A DNA stretch of 64,000 nucleotides from Tubiluchus corallicola (Eukaryota; Animalia; Priapulida): contig JAQGDQ010000079.1 in NCBI GenBank assembly GCA_030141605.1, forward strand, positions 620,001-684,000, in the 5' to 3' direction. Below, piece after piece: positions 1 to 13,900 of the stretch. The position numbers and the translations under genes were made by a program. Numbering within the stretch: the first letter of the stretch is position 1; each line of letters starts with the position of its first letter. Under the pieces are notes generated by a model that was not told where the DNA came from, did not search any database, and saw only the letters and a list, made by a program, of their open reading frames with translations.

Positions 1-304
1 ATGCAAAAAAAAACAACATACTACCTAGTCTTAGTGACTTAGCCAATAAAAGGCCTTTAAATCTCTGTTTTAACTGAAAAATGGTAGAAGGTGTGTGTAA
101 GGTCCCTTCCGTTTACATATAAATGATGACGGTATGACTTGCTTCACAGCATCACCAGCATAATGATGATTTAAATACAGAAATTCACAGAACTGTAGAC
201 TGGCAATTCCTTCACAGAAAGGTTTTTTGTCAGCGAAGGACACAGCTACAAATACAGTAAAGCAAAATACTGTCAGGCTCATGTAAATGAGCTATTGTTA
301 ATTT

Positions 305-310
305 TTTATT
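305..310 (-). terminator. Polyadenylation signal AATAAA of MRPL20
   Basis: tttatt on the plus strand, about 28 nt downstream of the MRPL20 TAG stop. Confidence 0.55.
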
Positions 311-337
311 ACACTCACTGAAGAGACAGTGGCTGTG

Positions 338-3300
338 CTATAGCATTCCTCGCGTGAAGACATATTTGGGAGGATTTTTAACACCATAACTAATTCCTTG
401 CTCTACTGCCCTCGCTTTACATAAATCCACCAAACTCTGAAACACAAAAACTGGCAATCATATAATACATGCTAAAAATGGCTGATTTTTTTACTTTCAA
501 TTGATTATTTAAAAGAGTAACCAATACCAACAATTATATATCTACTTAGTTCTGTGAGTCTTATTAAAAAAAGAGTTACTAATTTGTTGGGTGGCTCACA
601 AAAATACTGAATTTAATGTTTAATAACTCCAAAGGTTTGAATAGAATTCACATGAAGTTTCAACACATTAATAGAAGACTGCAATCTATAACTGCTATAG
701 GGTAGAAAGCTCAGATGTTAAATTTTTCTTACAATTCTAAAATTAAAGAAACATCATACGTGCCATGATCACTGGACAAAAATAACTTGCCAGTGACAAG
801 ACATTGATATTAAGTCCAATCTTTACTTAACACGTGGTTAATGTTTTTCATACACTTCTAGCATGCCCCAAGCCAGAAAACTGTAGTTTTATCTAGCATT
901 CGAAGGCATGGCCAACTACATCTTCTCTCAATGAGGTAAACAGTCAGAATTAGTACGGCATACGAAACTATCCACAACAAATACTGACTTAGGAAGTGGC
1001 AAACATATCAGTATAGTTTAACTTCGAGCTCAAGCAAGCAAACTTGTTCAATGAGAGAAACATTTCTGGTGATATCGTGCCATGCTTTCTTAATTTCTCT
1101 TTTGCAGTAAATTTGTCTTCCTGACTGTCTGATTAAATGACTCCCATTTTATTGATCCAGAAAGTTCTTGTAATGCATTACGAACCGGCATGGAAAAACA
1201 AGGTGATACACGGTATTTTTAGCAGCTTACTACAAAAAGTAAGCCTAGGCACGTCTTACCTTGAATGTCCTAGGTTCGTGAATGGCTAATGAAGCTAATG
1301 TTGGTCTGTTTAATGCTATGTTCATCTGGAAAAAATAACAATAACCACACACTTGATTTGTTGACTAGTTGTTAATGAAATTTACAAATTTTGTTGTTAA
1401 TTTCCTAAGGATCATTTCGGAATTCATTTACCTTTGTCAGATTAGAAATAAAGTGAGTGTATTCCATGCCATGCTCCATAGTAGCAGAATGAATTCGTAA
1501 AATATGTAGCTGAAAACAAAATATGCAGAATTACATTGATATTGCAATTCAGTTTATCATATCGTAATCATAACATTATTATCGTTATCATAAAAGGCAT
1601 TTATCATATAGTCCAAAACAGCTTTAGATTTAGTGTCTAAAAAGTTAAGTGTGAAAGTGGATTTAATGAAGAATGGTAAACAATAGCGGCTAGCGTTAGC
1701 GTGTACAAATTTAGCAATTTTTCAATCGGAAATGAGAACAAGCACAATTAACAAAATCTGTCTGTCCCCATTTTTTCAATGCGTAGAGAGAGAATCCTAC
1801 ACAACATTAATTTTGTACAACAACTTGTCAACATTATATAGCAGATTTTTTCTATTACATCGATTTACTTATGTGCCTACGTATGTTTTTTCTGCCCAAT
1901 CTGTACTAAATAGTAATTTTTATTCAAGTCATTTTCATGAATACCCCCATATAACAATGTTTTTATTTTGCAGCTGTTATTCTATTAGCACACACATGCT
2001 GGATGACTGATAAGTAACTGTATCCAACGGCATTATAACAAATGAATTCAACAGGGCTTTTAACAAGCAACAATCAATCTCCTTGTTAAATTTTCTATAA
2101 GAAATATTAACTGCATATATTTTAGTCAAATATATTTGTATTTTGTCTATTTTCTTTCAAATTTTTGTCTTTTAAAACAGTTTACTTAGTGCACGAATAA
2201 GTGCAGCAGTTCAAATTTAGCATGCGCCAGCAAGAATGACATTAACATGGCAGTATATCCTCAATCCTCGTAAAAACAAAAGAGTGAAAACTTTTTGTGA
2301 TTTAGTGGTGAGATGCTTCTTAGACAATCAAATTATTTTCAACAGCATTGCAAAACATTCCAATTTTGTGTAAGCGGGCAATGCTAATTGCGTACATCGA
2401 TTAAAAAATATACAAGGTTTCACTAATACGGAGATGTAAATTAGGCAAGCTTAGCTTACCGGCCACGGGGACGGGTGTACAAATGACTTCTGCCTGTCTT
2501 CGGGCAGATTTACCAGAACTCCCATGACAACCAGCATTAAAAGTGCACGTTAAACTACAGTGTAGTACAAGTACCTTGAAATCTGAGTTTAAATAAAATG
2601 TCATGATTATCATTGGTACTACCACATCAATCATCATATGTATATGACATCATGAAAAAATAACATTTTTTGTTAATTACTGTAAAGATTTTGCAACAAG
2701 GACAAAATTACCTCTCTCATGTCTTGATGCTTCCTTCGTCGGTGCTTTGTTGAAAATAAAAGACTCCTCTGGAGTGAGCGAATCGCAACACTGTAACAGT
2801 TTCGCCGCCTTCCAAAATCATACTAGAAATTTAAATGATTACAAAATATAACATAGTAATATTGTTATTAACACCTCCAAATATATTAAATATTTTACCT
2901 CCAAAAGAAAAATTAAATTGTGGTAGAAAGAAGACTATATTAATACCAGCCATGATGTAATATTTATAGTCAAACACCATGGTTAAAGCTGTAACTTTAA
3001 ATTATTCTGACAATTCTTAGTCTTCCTTTTCTCCTACTGTTTCTCAGTATGTGCTAAAGCTCATTTTAGCTCAAGATGTGCTAAAACCTTGGCAGTAATT
3101 ATCGACTCTAGTATCTGCACATCACTGCAGATATATTGAATAACCATGTCTTGACTGTCCCACTATACTTAATTTCTTAAAAACCTTTGCAAAATTAAAA
3201 AGTATCTTTCCATTCCTGTGACTGAGACGCCCATACATTCTTTTATAAACAGTCATTTAGAGTATTAGGAACTACGGTGTCCACCATGTGGTAAAGAAGA

Positions 3301-4250
3301 AGACACGACAGTGCATCTACTCAAATGTACAGTGATAAAAATGTGTTACCAGCCAGAGAAGTACATTTTCAACATCTTATTAATTCAGAAGATATACTAA
3401 TTTAGGAAGCAAAGGAAGCAAGAAAGAGAAGAGGTGTCGATTAGAGGCACCAACAGCAAATTACATGGGTGGGAGCAGCACTTATGAAAAGGGCACATTT
3501 CGTTTACCCATATTTCTGTGGCCACGCTAATGACCACATGACTTATATATAAGACAGGGTATATCTAAGGCACCCCAAATGCCTTCTGCCTCTCGCATAT
3601 ACCTTTCAAAATGAATAAAAAACAATAGATGCACATAATTAATGCTACAACTGATATGTGTGCACTTGTACATTGTTGTCATGGTGATACGCAATAATAG
3701 TTTTTGCCCGACACAAACCTGATTTCCAGGAGTCGACCCCTCCCTGTTTATTCACTACTAAATACACATGACCGTTTACATGCTTCCGTAAACTCTTCGG
3801 GGTAATCACGGATAACCACACATTTTTCATCAAAAAGGTAAAGTTCTGCTCCTGCACTGCCCTCCCCCTTGGGAAACGGCAAGGTGCCCCTGGTGTCGAG
3901 CCGGAAATTTAGCCAAAATAATAATCGTTATAAATAGTTTGTAAGTGTTAAAGCTGATTACGTTACTTGTCTTGCACTGTGACATTTATTTGTGCCTACC
4001 TAACCAGATAAAGAGGGCACTTCGGAAACAAACGAAACAACATTAAATATAAACTACCATAGGCCTAAATAAAAATATTGGACAATACAGGGAATATAGG
4101 CTTAGGCAAGCAAAACGAACGATCTACCTTGGTATGCTGAAAAACGCGAGCACGCTTCCACCACTTATCTGGAGGTGGTATATACGAACTTCCTGGACGT
4201 TTGATATTATGCCTCACTCGCATCTGGCGTAACAAAGTCAAAAAGACCAT
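338..4250 (-). CDS. MRPL20: Mitochondrial ribosomal protein L20 (bL20m), 5 coding exons, ~158 aa
   Basis: Exons 4128-4250 (MVFLTLLRQMRVRH...DKWWKRARVFQHTK), 2712-2822 (YDFGRRRNCYSVAIRSLQRSLLFSTKHRRRKHQDMRE), 1432-1509 (LHILRIHSATMEHGMEYTHFISNLTK), 1260-1325 (MNIALNRPTLASLAIHEPRTFK), 338-436 (SLVDLCKARAVEQG...FTRGML*). All introns are GT-AG and phase 0. Matches bL20m motifs MVFLT, GRxxNCY and LNRxxLAxLAIxEPxTFKSL. Confidence 0.95.
3269..3450 (+). mobile_element. Degraded non-LTR retrotransposon 3' remnant (CCHC zinc knuckle) in MRPL20 intron 1
   Basis: Translates ELRCPPCGKEEDTTVHLLKCT (CxxC-x7-H-x3-C), the type of C-terminal knuckle found in LINE ORF2. It resembles the remnant at 23785. Confidence 0.5.
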
Positions 4251-4980
4251 CGTATACTCAACGTGTAACAACCTTTAAGCATAACTTAAATGTAACTATA
4301 ATAGATCATTACTAGAAAAATTTTATAGTTTAATTCAGTTTATAGTTTAGATAAGTTGATAAAAGAACAGAGGACAGCGCCATTTTAAAAAAATAACCTT
4401 TGGTTGCCAGCCGAAACAGCCAGCGTTTGAAAACAAATTTACAGACTGAGACTGGAAATCAAGGGAGTTAAAGTAAATGAAAAAAAAATTACATCTTGTT
4501 AAAAGTGAATCAGGCTAAAATGTTGATAAATATTTTTTTGGTGCAAGGTCTTGAATTCTGCAACGGATAAGTTATTAGTGTTATGCGTCTGGAATTTGAA
4601 TTGAGTGCTATATTTTCAGTAAATGCCCCAATAAAGAAGCCATTTTCCAACACTTTGATGGGCTGTCATCGCGTCAAGTCGTGCTGTTTTTGTTATTATT
4701 ATTGGGAATCATTTAAATTAAAATAATGTGATTCGCCACAAGTAAAGTAGCGCTAGCTACGACCATCATATCTTTATAATTGGAGCGTTGAAGAAGTGTT
4801 GTTTCGGATATTTGTACTTGATTGAATTGCTTGAATATACACGTATTTGATCATGTACTTGGCCATTTCGCTTAAGCAAGCACTTGTCAGATTCGATTTA
4901 CTCTTCTTATGAGATCATGCATTATTGTTGATTCGTAGTGGGTTGCACTTAGCGTGTTTTATCGTTTAGTGAACGTGCCC
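4251..4980. promoter_or_regulatory. Putative bidirectional promoter between MRPL20 and TMEM132
   Basis: Divergent ATGs are only 730 bp apart. YY1-type motif CGCCATTTT at 4378-4386 (AAAATGGCG on the MRPL20 strand). CpG is locally more frequent. Confidence 0.6.
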
Positions 4981-7900
4981 ATGGCTAATTTATTTGGAAA
5001 GACGATGTCACGCTATTTCCGAATTTGTAATTTTTGGTTAGACGGTGTCTTACTCTTAGTCTTCATAACGTTATGGAATGGTATGTTTGTATTACTTTTA
5101 TGGTGTTACTTAACTTGTATTCTTTAAATTTCAGGTCATTTTGAGAGTGATTGAATTTCGTAATTCAATTTTCGACTTCAAGTGCAACTTTTTGCTGGAC
5201 TTACCTAATTAGTGTTCGTGTGGATTACCGGGTACTTCAATCTAGACCTAAATAATAATATAATAAGTAGCAGCTTCCATTATGCAAAGTCTTAGCATAT
5301 TTAGGCTCTATGTATGAATCTTTATCTGTAACCCATTATAACTTTTCTGTAGCATGATATAAAATGACTGGGTATAATGCACATACACTGGCAAAGATTT
5401 GGTTACTGTTGATTAAGTTTTCACAAGTTTATCTTATGTTTTAGGTGCAGCTGCTAAAGATGCTGATGTATCATTAGGAGACTTTGACTCTGGCTTCTTT
5501 CTTAAGCCTTTGTCTGACTACAGGGATAATAAAGTCACACAGTTGGATCGGTTTTTTCTCACAGACCACAATTCTCCTACACTAGTACGAAGTACTTTTG
5601 GTCCATTTGTAGCACACACTTCGGTGCCAAACAGCTTGTTTATCAAAGATTCCACTTTTTCGCAAGACAGTAGATCTCCCATAAGGAAAGTTAACATTGC
5701 CGCCAGCTTACTATCACATCAGATTACAAAGAAAAATCCATCAGTAAAAGTGTTATTTCAAGTGGAAAATGTTAATAATGATGCTGAGGCTGAATTAATT
5801 TGTATTACTGTTCATGTTCGGTATGCCAATGAAGTCGTCAGTGGAACTTGCAATCCTCTTGGAAAGGAAAACGCCTGTGTGGTAGATATCACTTTATTAC
5901 CACACTGGTGGCGCATTGTTGACGATACTTTTCATTCAGATAGTGTGGCTGTTGACTATAGTGTAAATGCTCAGCAAGGTAGCATATGCTTCATTGAAGA
6001 AAAATCTTCTTCAGAAACATTTCTTTCTAATGTGCCTATGTTGAGCTCAAAATTACGTTACGAAGATGTTAAAGAAGACAATGGATTAGTGGTCATGAAT
6101 GTACCAAAGGATACATTGTACCCTGGCAGCAAGTTCTATGTTCCTGTATATCTGAGTGAAAAAGCTGCTAATTTGTCTGTGTACGCTGTCGTTATAAGGT
6201 CAGTATTGCATTTATATACAGGCTATGCATTCACGATGATGACCTAAGCCTACAGAGTAGGGGCAAAATGTTTTTAGCAAAGTTTCATAAAAACTAATAA
6301 TTTTGGAACAAATGTATATATATATATATATATATGTTTTGGATTTAATGTAAATGACATAACTGCTGCATTGTACTATAGAACCATTAATATGGTCAGG
6401 CCTATTTAAAAAAATGTAGAAGAGCTTGTGCGGGACTTCACTATTATAGGTCTGCTTTTTGAGCAGTAGGATATAGGAAAAATTACAGAGGACAAATTAA
6501 AAAATGTGGCCTTTCTAGAATAGGTGTGGGCTTCTGACAAATCTCTGAATTTTTAGATAATCTATACTGTGCCACAACTACAGCCAAAAAACTGGTAGCT
6601 GTTTTGCTAAGTAGTTACAGATATCATAATGACGTAAAGTTTGATTCAATTTGGAATATGTGAATTGCACTGCCTAAATAGATAATAAATAGCAACCACA
6701 AATATGTAAAGTTTAGATATTTGAAATTCACACCAAGATTATTTTAATGTTCTGATTTATAACATTCTGTTTGTTTCTACTAACTATAGAATCACAATGT
6801 TCTAAATTTTCAGAGCTCGTACACGGAATGGCCTGCGAGTCGCTTCTGCACACGCCACCCATCCTGATGACTGGAAGGTTAGCGTAGATCAGAACAGCAA
6901 AAGAACATCTGCCTCTGTAACAGCATTTACCAGGATTAAAACTGAATACATTGATAAAAAGCCTTCCGTCTTAAATGGGTGCGTATGATGTTTATTGCAG
7001 GTTTTTTAACTGTTAATAGTATGATACTTAGTGCACGATTTTCAACAATAGTTAATTTTTGCAGGAACCAGAAATGTGCAGTTGATTTACGTCCCAATTA
7101 TATATTTGGTGGTTAATGGTACATAATCTGTAGAAATATTTGGTTCTAGCGCATTTAATTGAGCTGAATTTTGAAAAGAGTGAGAACTCGCTGACAAAGT
7201 GAATTAAGTGAAATAATGAATGAAATTATTTTTTAAATAAAATAGCTGCTTAAAACATAAACTATTAAGTGATTATTCTATGACTTAGAAAAATTGGGCA
7301 TAGAGCAGTGGTTCCCAACCGGGGGTACGCAACAGCAATGCCAGGGGTACGCAGAAGGTGTGTCAGATCGACACATTTTTTTCTTTCTGTAGCCGGTGAA
7401 AAGTGTAAAATACACCAAGTTGCAGCATCGTGATATTCTTTCTACGTCACACAATATATTTCACAAACAATATAATTCCTGCGCAGTGTGCTAGAAAATA
7501 CTTTTACCCGCCCACGAAAAGCTTATATTTTGTCGCTTTGTTTGTGCTGTACATTTGTTGAAAAATATCAGATGGGGGTACGCTGAAGATCGCCACATTT
7601 AGAAAGGGGTACTTGGCAAGGAAAAGGTTGGGAACCTCTGGCATAGAGGGATACTAATGAAAGAATATATTTTTACATTTTATCAATATTATTTGTAATT
7701 TCAATTGGATGTAGGTCCAAGGCACAGGTGAAAGGTGTATATGTGAATGTAACAGCACAAAAAATCTGGTTGATATATTTACGAAAATTATACCAGGTCA
7801 ATTTTGCTTTGTCCGCTTTTAAAAGATTTGTTCATGAGCTTAGTGTTGATGATGGGTGGTTTTTGCGGAATTATCATTCATGACTCTCATATATTTGGAT

Positions 7901-10900
7901 ACCCATTTCTGCATTTACTATGTAACATTTCTGTAGTTATGACATGTGTGCTACAGCTGCATCATACTGGCAGCTTATAATGACTCGTACAGAGAAAATT
8001 ACTTGTCGGCATGGCAATAGAGCACTGGGCTCTATTTCATGCTAGTTAAACATGTGTTTTTTCTTTAATTCCCGGCTGTCTAGTTAGAAAAATGCCAGTA
8101 TGGGGAATGGTGCAAAAATGTGCTTCACACTCACGAACAGTACTGGTTTCCTGAACAAAAGAGAAAAATTCAAACTATTTAGGATTAAAGCAAAACCATG
8201 TGTATAAGAGGCTCGAGAAAACTTCTCTTCTAATAACTGGACTAGTTTATTAGTTATGTGGATGCAGTTCATTGCCCCTATAGGTTAGTGCTGGCACAAA
8301 AAAACTTTTTTTGCTCAAATATATACATAATATGTTATTTACTGTTCTAGTCTATAAAATGTGCAAGCCCCGCGTACATTGAATGAAAAACGAGCATATT
8401 ACATAACCCAATTCTGGGTTCTTTACACATTAGGTTACCAAAGTTAAAGCCACGGATTGTAGCTATAAAATGGAGTTAAAGGCTATGATTGTTGCGCTTA
8501 ACTATCAGTACTGTGGGCATCAAAGTTCAATTCTGAATCTCAACGATTTCGACTTGCAAGTGTTCTGTTTCAGAGGACATTCGTTTATCTTCAGTGCTAA
8601 AAAGGAAATTTTTCAGGAAATTAAGTCACTCAATAATCTGTTACTGAGCTAAGTAATTGGTACTTGACATTTTTCAACTAGTGATTGGCATCACTGCTTA
8701 TGCCCAGACTGGCTCTACATATGGACAGCTGGACTGTCAAAGAGACCAAATATGATATAAAGTAAAGCTTTAAAGTTCTTTAGAACAAGAGCAACATCCA
8801 TTTCAAGTTGCCGACTGCTAGTGTACAGCAGAAACGTCCGATTTCTCTAATAAAAATGTAATGTAATATAAAGTAATCCAAAATTATTTTTATAGCATTA
8901 ATGTTCAGAATGGAGACTATTAGAATACTGTTGATTAGTTACAAGCAGAAGTACTTTAACAATCCATTCGCAACTCCCTCGCGTGAATCCACTAAATGAT
9001 AGGGTTTTCGTCCATTACATCTATTTTTACACCATACTCTCACGAGCCCTAGCCTAATATGTACTGTGGAACCTTTGGAAGCATAAAGTTTTTATTTGTG
9101 TCCTTGAAAGAGCTTTATCTTGCGCATGTGTATTTTCTCCTACATGTTCAAGCCTTTTAGGTTGTATTAATGGCCATTTTTATGGTACTTTTTACATCTT
9201 GGCGGATAATGGTGATGAAAAAATGGAAAATGTGTTACTCGTTAGCCATGGCCTTGCTGTAAAGGTTGAAAGCAGTCCTCTGCTGGCAATATAAGAAGAT
9301 TTTAATTTGATGGTTAGTATTTATTTGTAGGGCTTGCTTTTACATGATTCTTAAATCAAGAATGTTTATTGATGATTAACATTATAATTGTGCAAATAAT
9401 CCCAAGAGTAACAAATGGTATAAGTAAAACACATATAACAAACTATCGGACCATATCAGTAATGTTTAAAACACTAGTGGATAATCACGTATCTTAAACA
9501 TTTCTCGTTGTGGATTTTCGAATGTGTTTATCTAGCGGAGTGTGTCGGTGTTTAACTCTGCACACTGAAATATTCATGCTTTCGTTAAGTTTCTTTTAGA
9601 TTTTTGTGATGGTTTCCATTCAACTTTGCTGATCATTAGAAACTTGTAGAAAGTTCACATTCACAATCAAATATCTAGTTTAACCTATGGCAAAAAAGAA
9701 CGATTAAAAATTAAGCATTGTGGCCTTGTGGGTGTTTCAAAATACCAGCATTCTGTCTCACCAGCCACCCAGCCACTTAGTTACTATAGGCTTCAGTGCA
9801 TGATAGCCAGATTTTAGCTGCATAAATAACTTAGTTTTTTTGCAAATATATATATATATATATATGCACATTACACATTCATTGCTGCTTTAAAACTTTC
9901 ATCATGCATAGTATTCACTCCCTGTACTGTCAAACATCAGAAGGATACCACTTTACCATTGCACTAAGTATTTTTTTCTAGGTGATGCTAAACTTATAAC
10001 TCTGTTAATGTACTTGTTGCAAATGTCCATATATCATATATAAGATACATGCATTCTGTGGTAGATGTTATATTTTTCAAGAATTGTGGTTTGGCCATGA
10101 CCACCTTTAGTCTTGACACTTGTTTTCAGATATTTTAACTGACATTCTTAAAACTCACACAAGTTACAACCAATTTCTGAGACATTTACCAAAATCAATT
10201 TACCATGAACTTCTTTCACTGTTTGTAGTTACCTAGCTATTAGTCTTTCTTCCTCATAACCCATTAACCATGTTTCTAAGCTATTTTGCTGAATCTTCTG
10301 TTGTAACAAATTTATGGTAAGGCTAATAAACAGATTCTCTTGAATTATGTAAAAGGTTTAGGTCTTATTCTGGTGGTAAATATTTTGGCTGCATTTATGA
10401 GTGAGAAGCACACTTTGAAATGGAATTTAGATCTATGAATTTATTGCTCCTGGCATCAATTTGTTATTAATTTTAAACTGCATCTTTGAGATGGTCTATG
10501 TCATTATAGGCACTAATGCAATAATTTCTAAATTAATACCATTGGTTGTGTGTTGTGCAATTTTGCTATCTACATGATATACGATCACATACAGGTCTAC
10601 TTTTATAAATAAGTTGTTACGAAAGACATCTTCATTATATAAGAGGAAGCTATCACATCAGTTCTTTTAGGGAATCACAGATGCCATTGTTAAAGGTAAA
10701 GTAGTTACTTAATAAATGACAAATAATAAAGATTTCCAAAATCTCATTTTGCATTTCATAAATTTATACTTGTATATTTTTCTTATTACCCATATGCAGC
10801 ACTTGTATTTTTTTGTATACATGTCTAAAATATACATAGGGGTGATGGTGCTTTGTCAGTTATTGATAGACCATAGAAGAAACACAAATAAATAATTAAA

Positions 10901-13900
10901 TAGAATACTTGTCTTTCCTTGCTTGTAATGCGCTAATTTGTGATAAAATTTTGTATTGATTTGCTATCATGTACTAGCTGTTCTTGTAGACAATGACTGA
11001 TTAATCTGTCAATAGATTAACTTATTAATTAGCTGTCTGACTGGTTGGTTGGATTTTTGTTGGTTAGTTAGTTGGTTGATTAATTAATTGATCCAGGTTA
11101 CAGTGTTGTTCTTCTATTTCAGCAGACTTGAACGCCATTATAAAAAAGTGAAATTCTTTCGTAAAACAACTATGCATGACTTCTACAAGTATTATTTTCT
11201 TTGCAGGATTAAGCACATACTAACTTGGGTATTTGAAGTGGACACATCAGCTGATGTAGAAAGCACTCTGAAGATACTATGGAGCATGCAGTTTATCCTA
11301 GACAGCAGGATGACCGCTGTTGAAGTGAAAAAGACGAACGAGGTTACAAAGCTAAAACTGCATTCTGACGAAATAGAAAGTTTGGTACCACTCACAAAGG
11401 TAGATACCATGCTAAGTGGGTATTGTGTTTCAAAATAGAAATGTAATGCATTTAAGAATGGTGCATAAATAGTGACGTTTACAGTTTCATTTTAATATTG
11501 GAAATTCAAACTAAGCCAGTCATATTCTCTGCATGTACTCTATTCTGTTGTATCACATGGTGCCGCCCACAAAAATGTTTCACATAATAATTTTGCTAGT
11601 GATGCCAACTCCTAGTTTAGTAAGTTTGTTTTACATTATTCTTTTCACGTTGAACGTATTTGCAAAAGTGTTTACAAACTCTGATATGTCTTTGTCCTGT
11701 AGTTCACAATGGTAATGATATTTTTTGCTTTCCAGACAAGAAGTATTTTAAACACTGCTGTTCTTGATGGTAGAATTATTCGACAACCATTGAAAGTGTT
11801 CTTGGTGACTAAGGCAGGAAAAGTTTCTGATGTCACAAGTTTGTCAACTTGCTCAAGTAGCAATGAGGACATACTACAGGTTATAATTTTCATGCTTGTA
11901 TTTTTGTGAAGATTTTGTTTAACAGTTGTTAATCCATTTTCCAGTTTTATGCCTTTTTGCTGATTTATGCTGTAGAAGACCAACTTCAGATGCATGATTC
12001 GAAAGGAATATACTGCATAGCCATGTAAATGCTTTTAAATTAATAAAATGGATTTAATAATTTAGTTGACAAACATCTAAATGCAATTGTAATCTAATTA
12101 GTTGTGTTGTGTGCAGAATACCACTCTTGTTTGAAAATATCGTACTATGATTAGTTAATGAGGGTCATGTTTTCTGTTTTTGTCTTTTAGGTCACATCAT
12201 CATGTACTGCTGTTTATTTGGATGGAACAGAAACAGACAGTTCTAATAATGTGACTGTAGTCGTCAAATATGTCCCATATGTTACTAAAGTAGAGAGTGT
12301 CGTCAATGGAACTGTTTTCTTGAAATATGAAGATGCTTATCTCAGCTTTGCAGAATTTCAAGTTTGGTTACCTGAACTTCCACTAGATATCTACCTGTCT
12401 GACTCCAAGCTCAGCCTTATCAAAAGATGGAAGACTGGAGATTATAAAAGGTGAGCACAATATTTGCTCTGTTCAGTAATAAATTTTATAAATAAAAAGT
12501 CTCCATATGCTTGAAAATTCAAAAGATCTACCTTTTGTTGGAACTTTCAAATGAATAATAAAAATAGTAGTAATAGTAGTGGTAGTGGTAGTGGTATTGG
12601 GAGTGGTAGTGGCAGTAATAGTGGTACTGGTAATGGTACCGGCAACACTTTTTTATCTATATTACTGACATAATTGTTTCTTCGGTGGAATTTTTCATCT
12701 TAAATTCACTCCCACAATTGTATGTTAATTGTATAAATTTGTGTCGTCCTTATCACATTACAACAGTAAGAAGAGCGATATATAATGAGCTGCAAAATAC
12801 GATCATAATAAGATCATTTTAAAAATGTTCAAACAGTTACATCAAAAGTAAAAATAGCTCACAACTTTGGATTATAAGTCAATTTTTTTTGTTACAGGCG
12901 TGATGTAGATGTGTCACGTATTTTTGAAAAAAAGCTGCCAGTAAGTGAAGACAAGAGAAATAGTGCTTGCCACTTGAGGCACCAGCAGTCTCGCTATGAA
13001 ATTTATGCCAGGTGAGTATATTTCTCTGTAAAATTCCTCCTTTGGTAGGAAAATTATTGACACGTTCTGTCTAATCATGCACAAAAAGTAACTCTTAGCT
13101 TTCATTTGATTCATATGTATAATTAACTTTTATGGGAAAGTCCGGTTTGTTCATTAGATTTAAGGCAAGGCACAGCAATGTACGAAAGGACAGCTATTTT
13201 TTGAGCAAGAAAGCTTGGCTTAAGATGACATGTTTGCTGAAAGATCAAGTGCGTCTGTCGGACACTACTGTTGCTTCATTGCTAGGTGATGTCATTCATG
13301 GCCAAACTCAAGGTCGTACTGAACTACAGGTATTTTCACCATTGCATATATTATTGTTTGATACTCATTTGTTGTATTTTATTTATTACTTGTTGTGCAT
13401 GAATATGTAATAAATTATGTCTTATCCTGTTCCAGGAGTTTTTATAAATTTATAAATTTTATGTCCCGTTCCAAGGATGTACGCTTAATATGGTCAAGTT
13501 AACCATATTAACCAAGTTGATTCAAGTTAACATGAATTTCTCCACACTGTTCTACTTATATAATAAACTAAGAGCAATTTACGGTTCCCTGCTTTGTTCA
13601 AATTTAAAAACGCTCTGAAATTTTATTCTGAGGCTGTATTTTGGTATATATCGTCATTAATTTATTGAAAACAAAGGCATAGCTTCACTAACTATAGTTT
13701 CCATTTAGGTTGTGAGTCCCATCACTGGACGTGTCATAGGTGCAAGAGAAATTCGGGTGACCACAGACAAGGTTGTCATTGATTCACTTCGTGTGTCCGT
13801 TGTTTCTGGGTTGAATCTAAGTCTGCATTTGGATCCCGATGTCTCTGATAGTTTCATTGCAAGAAGTACTCTTATTCCTACTATGCACTACAGATTTCAG

